Below, in pieces: positions 37,739 through 50,428 of a DNA stretch of 64,000 bases. A model generated the notes under the pieces. It was not told the DNA's origin and did no database searches. It was given only the letters and a program-made list of their open reading frames with translations. Numbering within the stretch: the first letter of the stretch is position 1; each line of letters opens with the position of its first letter. The stretch spans positions 9,864,650 through 9,928,649 of the forward strand of contig CAJINV010000002.1 of assembly GCA_905178155.1 (NCBI GenBank). Reading direction: 5' to 3'. The DNA is from Amoebophrya sp. A120 (lineage: Eukaryota > Protista > Dinoflagellata). Position numbers and translations under genes: made by a program.

Positions 37739-40700
37739 ATGCCGCCCAAGAAGCAGCCTGAGAGGTATACCTCTTCGCAGAAACAAGCGACCCAAGATCA
37801 AGACACCGAGCTCCTACTCAACAACTATCCCAACAATTATCCCGACAAGGAACAGGAGAATGAAAAATTCTCGAGGGCGGATGAAATGCTGAAATCAAGA
37901 AACGTGAACCCAGTCCTGTTGCAAGACCGGGCTGCTCTCATAGCCGCAGCAGCGGAGAAGACCGCAACCGAATTTTTGACGGAGAAGAAAGACAGTAGCG
38001 ATTCAGCGTTCCAGAATTTTCGGGCGAGCTTTGCGAAGAACCTTAAGGAGATCAGCATCAAGAAGAGCGGGTTCTTCAGAAGCAGCGAAAAAAAACTATC
38101 TGAAGACGCGGCGGAAGCAATCCTTCGTCGAGTTGATAAATCGCAGGAGCTATTTGACTACCTCTTTTCTTTGCAGCCCGAGGACTTCGATTTGACGCAA
38201 GAGGTATTAGATTGTGGTCTCGGCGCATATTTTGCAAATCGCTGGGTAGAAGAGCACCCGAGGGCCATCTCTCGCTCTCTCAATGCCCAAAAGGCAGCTG
38301 TGAATACACTAATAACGGAGAAACACAGTTTGCCCAGGAAATCGGCAGAGCAGGAACAGGTGTCGTGGGAATGGATGGAAAGCAATCTGCTGGGGAAGGC
38401 GAAGACGAGGGACGGAAATCGTGTTGTTCCTGTGCCGTGCGACCCCGCAGACGGGCGGACTATGAAGTTCTTAACAGCTTTGTCCTCGGCAATTGATGGC
38501 AACTTGAACAAGGATTCCGGACTGCTCAGGCTGTTCGTGACGAACCGTGACGTCCTTCGGTATCTTCGCAAAATATTTTACGCCCCTCGGAGGAAAAAGC
38601 GGCCGGGCGAGAAAATTTCGGAGAAGGACAACGAGACGATCGACTTATCGGATGAAGCTGGAAAGGAGTTCAAGAAAGAGCTGGTGAAGGGCATCCTGGA
38701 CCTCGCAATTGATGTGGTGAATGACCCGAGCGGAAACAAGCGGTTCTTTTTGAAGCACTACGGGGGTGAACCCGAGCTGACCGATGATTTTGACCTGCTT
38801 GTGTATCCTCCCATCTTACCAGGAGATCCGCTAGATTCTAGTGGTGAAGAACAGATGCTACTTCGAGACGACCTTGATGTCGTTGAATCAAAACCAAACG
38901 TCCCCTACTTGTTCGAGCCCAATCTGGTAGGAGTGTGAATCACCTCCCCACCCCTTTGAATCACCTCCCCACGCATCACCTACCCACCTCCCCCGCATCA
39001 CCTCGTGACGCGGCCGTATCACCACCGCAACGGCCGGAGGTGATGCAGAAGCAGAGCCGGCTGCGGCCTTGGTTGTTTGGATCTAGGGTTTAGGGCTCGG
39101 GGCTTAGGGTCGTCGAGGCCAGCCGGCGCGACGGCCGTCGCGCCGGCTGGCCTCGGCGATTCTCTCCTCCTCGTCTGCTCTGTCCCTTCTCCGCCCTTGC
39201 GCGTCACCCTTTTGCCTTCCCCTTCTCCCTGGCCCTTCTGAATGTTGTGCGCCCTTTGCCCCCGGCGTGCCTCCGTGCCTTGACTCCTTGCGGCATTGCT
39301 TTGCGTGCCCCGTGGGTCGTTCCATGCTCGCCACCTTAGGGCCGCCGGCCGACATCTGGTGGCCGCGTACATAGGCGCATCTGTCATGCAGGATGAGGGC
39401 CCATGTGCGTTGTGGCAGATACCTGCTGGCTTCATGGCCGCGAGGTAGATCGATGGCACAGAACGAAGCCAAGCAACAAGCATCCAGACGTAGTCACGTT
39501 CTGGTCGACCATCACGGGGAAGTGCAACGTGGTGGGGAAGTGTTGGAGTCCAACACTTCCCCACCTCCCTGCCGTCCTGGACGGCAGGGAGGGGAAGTGT
39601 GGGGAAGTACCTCCCCACCTCCCCACTACTGGGGAGGCACCTCCCCACACGCGGGGAGGCACCTCCCCAGGGTGGGGAGGTAGGGAGGTGGGGAGGTGAT
39701 GCGTGGGGAGGTGATTCACACCATAACCGCCGAATCTCGACACCGACGTCCCCGTTGAATCAAAACCAAACCTCCGAACTTGTCCGAGCCGAACCTCGAC
39801 AGCACTAACGTCCCCAAAGAGAAAACCGTATCCGCTTCTTCGCTTCAGCAGAGCAACGAACATGGACAGCGACGACCACAAGTTTCGAGTGCAATCGAAA
39901 TCGGAGAAGCGGACGGTTCCCCAAAGTTGTTGCGCACCGAAAACGGGGAGCAGCGCGCTAGTGCCATTGGCGGCAATAGTAGGAGTACGGCTCATGCGAA
40001 CACAAGCGCTCCGCGGAAGAACTTAAAAAATCTCGCAGTTCCGGCTTTGGACACTGTTTCCACCTCCGAGCCCTCTGTATCACGACATACTTCCGCCAAC
40101 ACCATGGGTATTTCCAATGTTGATCTTGATTTTGCACTCGCAAAGGATGGGAACGAAAAACAAAAACCAATGAAACCACTGACAGTACCGGTGCCGGAAA
40201 ATACGGATAGCAGGACTAGCCAGGATCTGCCGAGCGTGAGCTACGCTGCCGCAGGCGTAAATGGTGAAAAAGATGTTTTCAAACCGGAAGACGTCGCAGG
40301 CCCAGTGAAAACCCTGAACGACAAATCGTCACCATATGTACCTCCAAGCACGAACGCCATCACGAAAGACGACGCAGCCTCTCTATCTGAGCGCGCTTCC
40401 ACACCACCCGCGAAAAGGATGAGATCGCAGCGTGAGGCTCCGGTCGTGAAGCAGATAGACCAGCATCACTCCTCCCTCACACTTTCCACAGAGCAGAGTT
40501 TGCCAGACGCCGAGCTGCCGTCCCCCGAGCTGCTGTCCACCGCAAACGGTGCGTCCTTTCAAGACACGGTCGCGGCGTTTGCTGTGCATATGTTGCCAGC
40601 GCTTAGCTACTTCACAAACACGGCGCACCAGGATTACGATGTCCATGCCGGTGGCACGTTTGACCACATCAGCCCACACTGCGGCAACTTGGTGTTCTTC

Positions 40701-40744
40701 TTTGTGGCCGTCATTTTCGGGATTCTGATCGGATTTGTCGCGCA

Positions 40745-40781
<37 letters not shown>

Positions 40782-41394
40782 GGTCGGTCGGTCGGTCGGG
40801 GGGCTGCGTGGCCACGAAGAGAACGGGCACGCGACTTCAATTTTCACCCACCTGCAAGGCACGTCCATCGCCAACAAGCCTGCGATCGTTGGAATCTTCG
40901 TTGTTTGTGCGCTGATCACCTACGTGCTCCTTGCGACCGAGACCCGACTCGAGGCAGTTCTGAACTCCACCACGATTCTCGCCATGATAGTCATCTTCGT
41001 CCTTTGCAGCTACTGGCTAGCGCGCGACGGGTACAAAACGACAAAACTGCAGAACGACAAGAAAAAAAGGCTTCAACGCGGGGACAAGAGAAAAGGGCGC
41101 TTGGCCAGTGACGGGGCGGATGGCAAGCGCAAGACGAGTGAAGCTTCGGCCCGGAATAAACTGACTCGCACGTCGCTAGGAAGTGAACCATCGCTGTATG
41201 GCACGCTTCCAACCCTGCAGAGTCGCTCGGTCTCGGTTAAAAATCAATGTGACGGATTTGGTGCTTCTACTTCTGGTAAACTGGACTATGACTCTGACGA
41301 CTCGCGGATCTTCGGAGCAGAGGATGAAGAGGAAGTATTTTGGATTTGGATTTTTGTTGTGCATGCGACTCATCTCGACGCGTTAGGCCTTTGA
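37739..41394 (+). CDS. Hypothetical membrane protein, interrupted by a TIR element and a microsatellite tract; may continue in exons to ~42570
   Basis: ORFs 37739-38938, 39780-41111 and 40735-41394 are collinear. A VESKPN..EPNL peptide repeat straddles the insertion. About three hydrophobic segments near the C-terminus. Confidence 0.45.
38926..39728. mobile_element. Non-autonomous TIR element with probable 9-bp TSD
   Basis: IR gtgtgaatcacctcccca / tggggaggtgattcacac, with many cacctcccc subterminal repeats. Flanks gcccaatct / gccgaatct (1 mismatch). Confidence 0.8.
40747..40800 (+). repeat. (GT)n followed by (CGGT)n microsatellite
   Basis: Directly visible tandem repeat. Confidence 0.95.
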
Positions 41395-44300
41395 ATTCAG
41401 GCCTTGGCTCGTCGTGTGCAGCAATTCAACAGAGGAGGTGGCTTCCTACCTGACTTCAATGGTGATATCGTTTGGAAAAAAAGGTGATCTCCTCCGACGG
41501 TGACCATGAAAGTGATGCGTCAGATTCGAGTGCAGAGGAAATGGAAAACGAATGTGCCACGGAGCCCGAGTCTTGGTGGTACATTACTATCTTTGAACAA
41601 CGAACTTGGTTGGTAGATATTTTTGATGGAAAGTGTACGCGCACTTCAGAGATCTCTCTATGATTGTCGTTCCGGAGCGAGTGGTTTGATCACGTTGATT
41701 TCAAATCCTTCTTTATTGTTGTTGTTCGTCACCTAAACATGTACGCCATTTCAAACTGGACACAGGTATTGGCTCGCGCATTCCGTTTTTCCATCCTCCA
41801 GCAAGCCCTCCAGTTCGAAAACTCTGAAAAGCGACGAAAACGGCGAGCACGAGGTATTGACTGAGAGTTGTAAGGAAATCATAGCTCTGCTCTTCCGTAA
41901 AAATCTAGTAGTGCGCTTCTTGTCTGTGCATGCCTACAAACAGCAAACCAAGTCTAAGGAAGTAAGAAATCGATGGACAAAACGTAGATTCCTACCGCGA
42001 CCGCGAGCGACCGTGACGAAATTACCCGTACAACCGGACGTGTCTCCCCGACTTTGTCGCCGTCCCTGGACCTCGAGGCCGGCCTCGACTGTGCGCAAGA
42101 ACACTCGGATTGTGCAAGCTCCGGTGCTTCGACGAAGCAAGACGGCAAGAAGGGCGACACGAATGACGAGTACACGGCTTCTACCGGACCGTCGCCGTCG
42201 CAAGCGGATGGAAGGGAGCAGGCCACGCACGCGAAAAGCCAGTTGGTAACTTTTGATGACATTCATGTACTTTTTCCCTGGAGCGGCGACCTAAACGAAG
42301 TGCTGCTGGTTCTTTTGAGCAACGGCTTGACGGAGGCGTGGTGTGTAGTGTCAGTTACTGGAACAGATAGATTAAAATTTCAAGCACTTGCTTCAACAAA
42401 ACGAAAAACAGGCCAACCCCAGCTCCCGATCCGAAAGCGGGATCGCGACCAAAAACTATGGGTCCGGCCATGAACACGACTGCAAATTGCTACCGACAGG
42501 CGAGGATGGTGCCAAGGACAAGCGGTTGGGTTCGCCAGCCTCCAATCGCGGAGACGACCTCGTCTAAAAGAAGCGGAATGAAATTAGAAATAAAAAACGC
42601 AACAAAAAAGCAACTTAGATAGTATCTTTCGAAACAAAAATCCAACTCAACAGTCCTACCTACTTAAGAGCGCAAGCCGCTGCTTTCGGTGCGCGTGCTG
42701 TGCCTGTCAGAATCCGTGAGTCCTTCTTAGCCGTTCCTTTTCCATTGCAGTAGTAGCGTCTTCGACTCAAAATTAATAGCGAAGATGCCGAACTTTCGGA
42801 TTTACAGCACACAGCCACGTTGATTGACTGGTAGGTACGTACATTTATTTTACCGATTGCACAGAGATGGATAAGAGCTAATCACGATGCCCAATTTTAG
42901 AAATTTGTTTGTGGGTGATGTTGCGATTGCAAAGCAACCATTTGCAACTCGCCCCGCTCGTCTCAGTCGTGAAAGTAGTGTTGATACAGAAAATAAATTT
43001 TCCAAGCGCTGTGAGCTCGAAGAAAAGCAATTAGTGATTGTGATAGTTCTGGCCGTCACTAACCAGGAAAGGAATTCAACTCCAAAAAATGGTTTCTGCT
43101 GATAAGCAGAAGAATTTGTGCTAGACAAGTATCTCAACGTTTCGCTCGAACACAAAATGATGAGAACAGTTTCCTTTTCTAGTTAAGTACACAAATCTTA
43201 AAATGCAAATGTATTGCGTAATGAATGAAATGAAATCACGACGATGTCCAAGAACTACTTACTCTCCTCGGACCCCATTCAGATTTTTGTTTGGGGTTGA
43301 ACAGGAAGGCAGAAGAAGATCAAACTTCGGATTATTGGCAACGATCGATAATGTCGTGGTAGCCCCATGGCTCAGTATCAATGACCTCAGAGGTGGAACT
43401 GCACTACCCATGGTTTGATGATAATAGTTTTAGAAAACGAAAAGACGACTCTATTTCGAGTGGATAACCTCACTTGTAGTAGCGCAGCACGCCATCCATC
43501 GCCGCTTCGGCGCTCAGAACAAAACAAAGGATCTCCACCCGCGGGGACGCAAAGCCGTACCTGCGACGCAAGAATGCAAGCAGTGCGCTTCTCAACACTG
43601 ATTACCCTTGTACATCCACCCGCGACCGTTTGAATCTTTCCTAAATAACGGGATTGAGATTGACAGCTCAAGAGCACAAATGCCAGCTTGTCCTTATCTA
43701 TTTTGAGATGCCTGAATCGTGTTCCCACTCCTTACGCAGCCTTGTCGTGGTTCCCACTTGAGTTTTACTTTTACGTACAGTCAGAAAAATATATTCTCTT
43801 TGCTGTGAAAGCGAAAGAGCGATCAGCAAAACATCGGTTGTGATCATCATGATTTGAAGCACCGCTGACAGCATGAGTCACTTATAAAATCGTGGAAAGA
43901 AATGTCGCTCATCGTCGACATGTGCAAGACCATCTCGGTGTCTCTAAATGTGACGAATTGGGCAAGTTCTTGCCTGCGCAGGTGCGCTTTTCCTCGTTTT
44001 GCCTTGTTTTATTTCCAGGATCGAGAATATATCGCTACTCGTTTTCCCTTCGTTTACAATGTATGAATTTAATGGTCTTTTCCCCTGGTACGCCTTTCTT
44101 TCATGCAGCGGTAGTCATTAGTGCTACGATTTCACCGTGAAGCATAATGCTGGGTTAAGTAAGTTAGTAGTGTGCAAGTGTTTATGTATGATACATCTTT
44201 CTTCGTCTATAGGATCTGAGTCGTACTGGACCAGTCACGCACATATTGAAAAGGTTATACAGATGACGAAGCATAAATGAGGAAGTCGTGACGGTGATCA

Positions 44301-44401
44301 CACCCGACTCGAGACCTTTCACGTTTGCTACGGCTGCAACTGCTTATTCATTGGGTACCCCCTTCCTCGCAAGCATTCGCGCGCGCGACACCAGAATTAA
44401 T

Positions 44402-45886
44402 ATGACCACACGCAGTCAAGCGCAAGAGCATCGCGTCGTGATCGTCGGGGGCGGCATCATGGGTTGCGCAACTGCGTACTACTTGCAGCAAAAATTCAAC
44501 AACGCTGTTTCTGGAAAATCGCAGATGCAGAAAAGTCTCAAAATCGTGATTCTCGAGCAGGAATCCATTGCGTGCCACTCCAGTGGCAAAGCGGCCGGCT
44601 TTCTCGCCAAGGACTGGCATGGCTCCGGCTCCGCCGTAGAAAGTCTGGCTGTACTTTCTTTTCAGCTACACGAGCAGTTGGCAAAAACTTTCAGCGCGGA
44701 AGCGATCGGGTACCGTCGTATGAACTGCATCGGCCTGGGGTTCGGCGGAATTCACCAAACCGGCGGACGCGAGTGGCTGGCGAAGTGCGACTCGGAAAGC
44801 GGACGGGACATGGGCAAGGAGGACACGCTCGCGCAAGTCCATCCGGAGAAGCTAACGAAAAAACTGCTGGAGCACACGAAGGACGTCGAAGTGATGGAGT
44901 CCTGCAAAGTACTGGGCGTCAGCTTCAACGAAAACATCAATGGAGGGGGTGACAGCAGGCAAGCTTCGGCCGTTCAGGTTGAGTTCCAGGGAAAGACCAG
45001 AACCCCAACCAGTCCGACGCTCATTCCCTGTGACCAAGTGGTCTTTTGCCTCGGCGCGTGGTCTTTCCGAGTAAGAGACTGGCTTCTGGATGCGATTCCG
45101 CGTGAGAGCGAAGGCGAACTGGCAACTGCAAATAGTTTTGCCGACCCGACCAGCCAGTTACCAGACAAGGAAGCACGATTGCAAAAGAACAAGTCCGGTA
45201 GACTCGACATTCTGAAGGATACCTGCGGCCAGCGGTATACTTCAGTGGTGTACGAAAATATTCAAACTGACAACACCGCGGTGTTTCTCGATTCAAAGCA
45301 TGACGTGGAACTCTATCCCAGGCCGGGTAACATGCTATACGCCTGCGGCTGTCCAGACCGGGTGAGCGTGCAAGAGCTCGACGGGAAATACGCAAAGGAC
45401 ATCGGACCAGCAGAGGTTGACGTGAAAACAATACGAGGCGAAGTCGAGAAAATTGTTGCAGGACCTGGATCATCTGAGAAAGCTACTACGGGAAAGGAGA
45501 ATGTAGACAATTCGTCAAGATTCTCAGCCGCTACCTCCTGTGTCCTCCCGAGCTCCGCCGACGGTTCTATTGTGCTGGGAAAGATCGAGGCGTGCCAAAA
45601 TGCCTTCATCGCTTGCGGGCACACGTGCTGGGGAATCCTGAATGGCCCGGGAACGGGGTACATCCTGGCGGACTTGGTTTTGAAAGACTCTGGTCTACTG
45701 ACCAACGAAGGCCAGCTCGATGATGCACCTGTTGTGCGTAAGAACGAGAGGAATAATGATCTTGTAAATACTGGGCGCGCTGCTCCTGTTGACGCGACAA
45801 CGAGTGACGAGAAAAGGAAGATCGATCAGATTCTCAAAAACTTCTCACCAAATCGCGAGCCAGCAACTGGCTGCGCACAACAGTAA
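44402..45886 (+). CDS. FAD-dependent oxidoreductase (DAO family, TDA3-like)
   Basis: Motifs VVIVGGGIMGCATAYYL, SSGKAAGFLAKDW, AQVHP and GHTCWGILNGPGTG. Confidence 0.88.
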   Translation: MTTRSQAQEHRVVIVGGGIMGCATAYYLQQKFNNAVSGKSQMQKSLKIVILEQESIACHSSGKAAGFLAKDWHGSGSAVESLAVLSFQLHEQLAKTFSAEAIGYRRMNCIGLGFGGIHQTGGREWLAKCDSESGRDMGKEDTLAQVHPEKLTKKLLEHTKDVEVMESCKVLGVSFNENINGGGDSRQASAVQVEFQGKTRTPTSPTLIPCDQVVFCLGAWSFRVRDWLLDAIPRESEGELATANSFADPTSQLPDKEARLQKNKSGRLDILKDTCGQRYTSVVYENIQTDNTAVFLDSKHDVELYPRPGNMLYACGCPDRVSVQELDGKYAKDIGPAEVDVKTIRGEVEKIVAGPGSSEKATTGKENVDNSSRFSAATSCVLPSSADGSIVLGKIEACQNAFIACGHTCWGILNGPGTGYILADLVLKDSGLLTNEGQLDDAPVVRKNERNNDLVNTGRAAPVDATTSDEKRKIDQILKNFSPNREPATGCAQQ

Positions 45887-46416
45887 ACAACTCCAAGCTC
45901 CTCTGAGCTTTTCAAGCAGCTGGAGATGCTGGCGCACTAGATGATATGTCTGCAAATAAAGCCACACGATTTGCGGATATTTTCTTACAAGGCCTCGGAC
46001 AGATCCTTCCTTCAGAATCGTTCATAGCTCTGTTGCCCACATGCTTTTCTTGAGATTGAAATGAGCTTCGATCTCATACACAACATGGAAGCACAGAATC
46101 GGGAATGTGAAAATCACGGGTGTCACAACAAAGAGCGATGCTGCAAAAAATTGTGTTGTCCGCTGCTCGGAGACAAGATCAGCGCAAAAAAGCCTCCGTC
46201 ATTGTTAGTTGCAGTCATTTATCGTGGCCTCTAGTCCTCGTTGCATTTCCACGATGCGTTGAACGAGTATGAGTTCTTAATTCTACAAGCCAGGGATGGG
46301 ACGCGGACGGTCTTATGTATCACAAAGATCTTCTTCTTTTGCTATAGTACCTGCCGAAAAGTTTGAGGACTCTCGTTGTCTTAGTGTATGCCCAGGCGGT
46401 TTTCGAAACATGCAAG

Positions 46417-47694
46417 ATGGTTAAAGCGGGAAAGCGGCACGAGAACGCCAAAGGCCCGCACGCTCCAGCAGCGTCCACTGCTTCAGGAAGGGCCAAATGC
46501 CAGAGAAGCGAGCAAAATAATGGAAATTGCAGTAATATCCGTGGGCACTATGTGGACTCTGGCGTTGACGAGTACTATGCGAACACGGATAACTATCGCA
46601 ATCCCCACGAGGAGCGGGTACGCGAAGTCCTACGGCAAGTTCTTGACGATTTTGCGAGAAGAAGTGGGCATGTAGAAAGCAGTCGACAAGCCGATGGCGC
46701 CAATGCATTCTTCCGGGTTCTCGACCTTTGCGCCGGGAGTGGCGAGGTGACCGCGGTGCTGCTGGATTATGAAAGCGAGAAGCTCGTGGAGACAGTGACA
46801 GCAGAAGCGACCTCGAAAGCGCGTGCCATGAACGAGGCCAGACATACCTTTGACAAAGCGGAAGAGAGCACGACTCACCGCTCGTTCTTGCGACCATTCT
46901 ATATCCAAGCATGCGACCCCTACACCCATCATCTGTACGAAAGGAGAATATTTGGAAGCTGTGGCATGGAAAAGCTACGGAAACAGGGCCAAGCATCGCG
47001 TGTCCAAAGATGTTTACCTCTGTCGTTCCAAGACATCCTGCAGGGAAAGCTCGCACTGGTCACGAGCAGTTTTGGAAGCGGTGCCGAGTCTAGCGTCGAC
47101 AATAGTCGCGCTGCAGCAGATCTGAACAATAATTTCGACCTGATCGTGTGCAGTTATGCTTTGCACCTGTGCCCCCAGGACCAGCTTCCCATGGTTGCTC
47201 TCTTGCTGTCCGACGTGGCAAAGTTTTTGCTTATTGTCACGCCACACAAAAGACCGGTGCTGAAACCTGAGTGGGGCTGGGTGCGCGTGACGAAACACGG
47301 GGATCAGAAGGAAGCAAGGGATGCACAGGCGTCGGCAGATGAGATAATAGGCAACGAGCAGCAAAAAGAAGACTCCGACAGAGTCGCAGCGGAGGCCTTT
47401 TCTCCTGCTTTTTCACTGCCAGCGGACAATGTTGGCGGAGCAGGTGGCTCGCGCAAAAGTCGAAGGGCAGGAGCAGCTCCGCCATATGTTGATGATCCAT
47501 GTGAGGGTTCGCAGTTTGAACGCGCACGGGCAGACGATTCACTCCGTGCACAGCCGGAATCCGGTGACGAGGAGGAGGTCGCAGACGAAGAGGAGCCGGG
47601 CCAAAACGAACTCGTCTACTACTGCTCCGGCAGGCGAACGCGCGGGATTTTGTACCGGTCCACCGCGTTTTGCGACGGTGCGGAAGGTTGGTGA
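46417..47694 (+). CDS. Class I SAM-dependent methyltransferase-like protein
   Basis: Motif I VLDLCAGSGEVT, plus ACDPYT, FDLIVCSYALHL and IVTPHKRP. Confidence 0.75.
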   Translation: MVKAGKRHENAKGPHAPAASTASGRAKCQRSEQNNGNCSNIRGHYVDSGVDEYYANTDNYRNPHEERVREVLRQVLDDFARRSGHVESSRQADGANAFFRVLDLCAGSGEVTAVLLDYESEKLVETVTAEATSKARAMNEARHTFDKAEESTTHRSFLRPFYIQACDPYTHHLYERRIFGSCGMEKLRKQGQASRVQRCLPLSFQDILQGKLALVTSSFGSGAESSVDNSRAAADLNNNFDLIVCSYALHLCPQDQLPMVALLLSDVAKFLLIVTPHKRPVLKPEWGWVRVTKHGDQKEARDAQASADEIIGNEQQKEDSDRVAAEAFSPAFSLPADNVGGAGGSRKSRRAGAAPPYVDDPCEGSQFERARADDSLRAQPESGDEEEVADEEEPGQNELVYYCSGRRTRGILYRSTAFCDGAEGW

Positions 47695-48592
47695 TGAAGT
47701 AGAAACTTTTACAGCCTCAGAACGTGGCTATGGTCGAGGCCACAAAAGATAGAGCGCATGGATCCGAGATAAAGCACCTGTTGTGTCAAAACAGCAGCGA
47801 CTGAAAGATGACGTAGCGACGAGATTTGTGATTTTCCTCGTGGTACAGCAAAAAAACTGTGGCGAAGCGACATAGAAACAAAGCCCTATGGGACACGACA
47901 GCGACATTAGTACAAATCCATCACTTCTCAAAGCATCTCAGCCAAGGGGATCTCCTCAAAGCACGCAAGACGAAGCTGCTTGCATGGTCGTCCGTGACCT
48001 TGTGTTTCGTCTTCTTTCATGCGTTTAACTTGCAGATGACGTAGCGACTGCGACAGTTAAGTATGCGAAATACTGAAGGAGATCAACGGGGGAGATCTGG
48101 ACGACAGATCCAACCTATGAAGATGTACATGATCGTCGATTCTGCCGCCGTGTGTTGAGTGTTGTCCGGAACAAGTGAAAGGTCAACCTCCGCATTGATC
48201 CTTGGGCGCATGCTGGCTCCCTCTCCGTTGTACGCTGCCGGATCTACCATACAGAAGTTGCCTCTGATATTCTTGAGCTCATGACTCTTAAGTTTTGCTT
48301 TCTTTCACTTCTTTTCACCCCACTTCGAACCTGGGCAGCCAAGAAGAACCGACGACTTTATAAATGTGATTCGCTTCCTTTTTTCTGTACGCTCATTGAC
48401 CCTTCGCTTTTTTCTTGGTCGGACAATTTTCGCAAGCTCCAGGTACTCAGAAGAAAAGCGATCTGGGAGCCTCGAGATAGTTTGAACTTATTTGACGAAG
48501 TTAGTTGAAGAAACCTCAGTACTTACATACCCTAACCGCCAGCGCGCAGCAAGCAGCACTTTTTCGACACGCCAGTCTTTCTCGCACCAGCC

Positions 48593-49714
48593 ATGCCCGA
48601 AGTTTCGTCAAAGAAAGCCTCCGCTCGCTCCGGTCCCTACACTTCCGTGGGAAAAGCTGGAAAGGGAATGTCTTCAACTTCAACCGCGAGCGCTGGAGCA
48701 GATGGCAAGCGAAATTTAGGAGGAGCTCCCCGAGCAGCATCATCTGCTGCTGCTGCTGCCAACAGTAAGTCCGTCTCCGTGGATTCTGCAAAATCCACAA
48801 AACGAAAATTCAAAGTGGCAGCCGTTCATTTTGGGCTGCCGTCGGAAAGCACGCTCGACGAGGTGCCGGAGGACGAGATTCAAACCGCGCTGCAGACCGC
48901 CCTTCTCGAGGGGGTCGACCTGATAGCGTGTGAGGCCGGAGACGCGATGGTGCCCTTGAGCTTCAATTTTGCGCAATTTTTGAAAACCACAAGAGAGCAA
49001 ATGACCAGCGGTGGAGGACAACACAACACCAGCTTCCCCGCCATCTATGCCGGCAAGCGGCACCTGAAGCGCTTGGGGCTTGCCGGGGGCGACCAACTGC
49101 TTTACTACGACCAGACGGGAAGAGAGATTTGCGTCGGCCACAGCTTGTGCTCCGGCAACGCGAAAGCGAGTTTGCCCTCCTTCGTGGAGCAGTTTACGAA
49201 GAAGACATCTGGCGCGGCCGCTTCTAGCGCAGCGGGAGCAGGAGCAGGAGGCCGCCCGCCGTGTAATTCTTCACGCGTACAGACCATCGAGGTCGGCGGA
49301 ACTGTGGCAGGAGCGGGAGAGCAACAGCCCGCGAGGCACGTCGTGAAAGTTGGGCTTTTGAACCACAAGGAGGAGCGGTTCGGGGATTGTGCGGACAAGT
49401 TGAAGCCCGGGAAGTCGAACACGGCGGCTGCCAACACCTTCCCCAACGACGTATCCCTGTACATCCACGTCGCCAACGACGCGCGGCCGGCGGGGAAGGG
49501 GTACGTGCGCTCGGGACGCCAGTTCTTTTCGAAGGACGGCAAGACCTACATCGGGATCTGCAACCGCGACGAGATTGCGAAAAAGAAAAAGCTGTCCGAC
49601 TACAAACTGCTTTCCGTCTGGATCAACGGGGAGCAAATGGACGGCGTTTCCGCGCCAAAAATCGTGTACGAGTCGGACACCGTACTGGTGCAAGTGCTTA
49701 GTGTCAACTTGTGA
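48593..49714 (+). CDS. Hypothetical protein, possibly degenerate carbon-nitrogen hydrolase fold
   Basis: 373-aa ORF with GC3-rich codons. KVAAVHF...EGVDLIACE and VKVGLLNHKEERF loosely echo nitrilase motifs. Confidence 0.5.
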   Translation: MPEVSSKKASARSGPYTSVGKAGKGMSSTSTASAGADGKRNLGGAPRAASSAAAAANSKSVSVDSAKSTKRKFKVAAVHFGLPSESTLDEVPEDEIQTALQTALLEGVDLIACEAGDAMVPLSFNFAQFLKTTREQMTSGGGQHNTSFPAIYAGKRHLKRLGLAGGDQLLYYDQTGREICVGHSLCSGNAKASLPSFVEQFTKKTSGAAASSAAGAGAGGRPPCNSSRVQTIEVGGTVAGAGEQQPARHVVKVGLLNHKEERFGDCADKLKPGKSNTAAANTFPNDVSLYIHVANDARPAGKGYVRSGRQFFSKDGKTYIGICNRDEIAKKKKLSDYKLLSVWINGEQMDGVSAPKIVYESDTVLVQVLSVNL

Positions 49715-50428
49715 GCGGTCTGGGCGGATGTTTTCTGAAAATGTTGAAGATCATCCTATCTATCAAATCAAAGTGGACCATGCTCCACAAAGACCGGGAT
49801 AGTACCTTGCTCAATGAAATAGCGGGATACTTTGGTACTTAGCGCGAAGTATATTCCGGAGACCCTACTTTGCAGATTTTGCGGATCTTCAAAGCTGACT
49901 GCTGGCGCAGCCGGAAGTGAAAATTCAGGGAGTAAATGTTGTTCGAAGTTCTTGGCGATCGCGTTAAGTCTGATCTAAGTAGAAGACTTCCTTGACGATG
50001 TTTCGTTGGGGCTAGCTTTGAGAATCGTCGTCGCACTCGAAAATCGCATTCATGCCATTCGTACTTTTTCGTCTCAATCGATCGTCAACGGGCGCCGGCG
50101 GGTTTCGTACTCGCTGCAGTCGTAAAGGGGTTATGCCTCTTGTTCAAGCCGCTTTCGTTTCCTGTGACACATTTGACAAACCTTCCGCACTATGGCGAAC
50201 GACCTTTCGAAAACTTAGTATAAAAAAAGCAAATAAAAGGCAAGAATCTGTCGGCAGTGTTGAAAGAGACGCAGTTAGGAGTCTTGCCATCTTCACTCGG
50301 TTTCCTTTTCAAGAGGTAGAATCTATCGAACAAAAAATATACTTTTATTGGCCGCCAGCACTACATCAAAATCAATACTAGGCCTAGGGCGTCTCCTTGG
50401 AGGTCGTTTCGGCGGCTTGTGATTCGCA

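Noticed and set aside
42600-44280. Short ORFs in the AT-richer intergenic region
   Set aside because: No motifs, codon bias or repeat structure that I can support.
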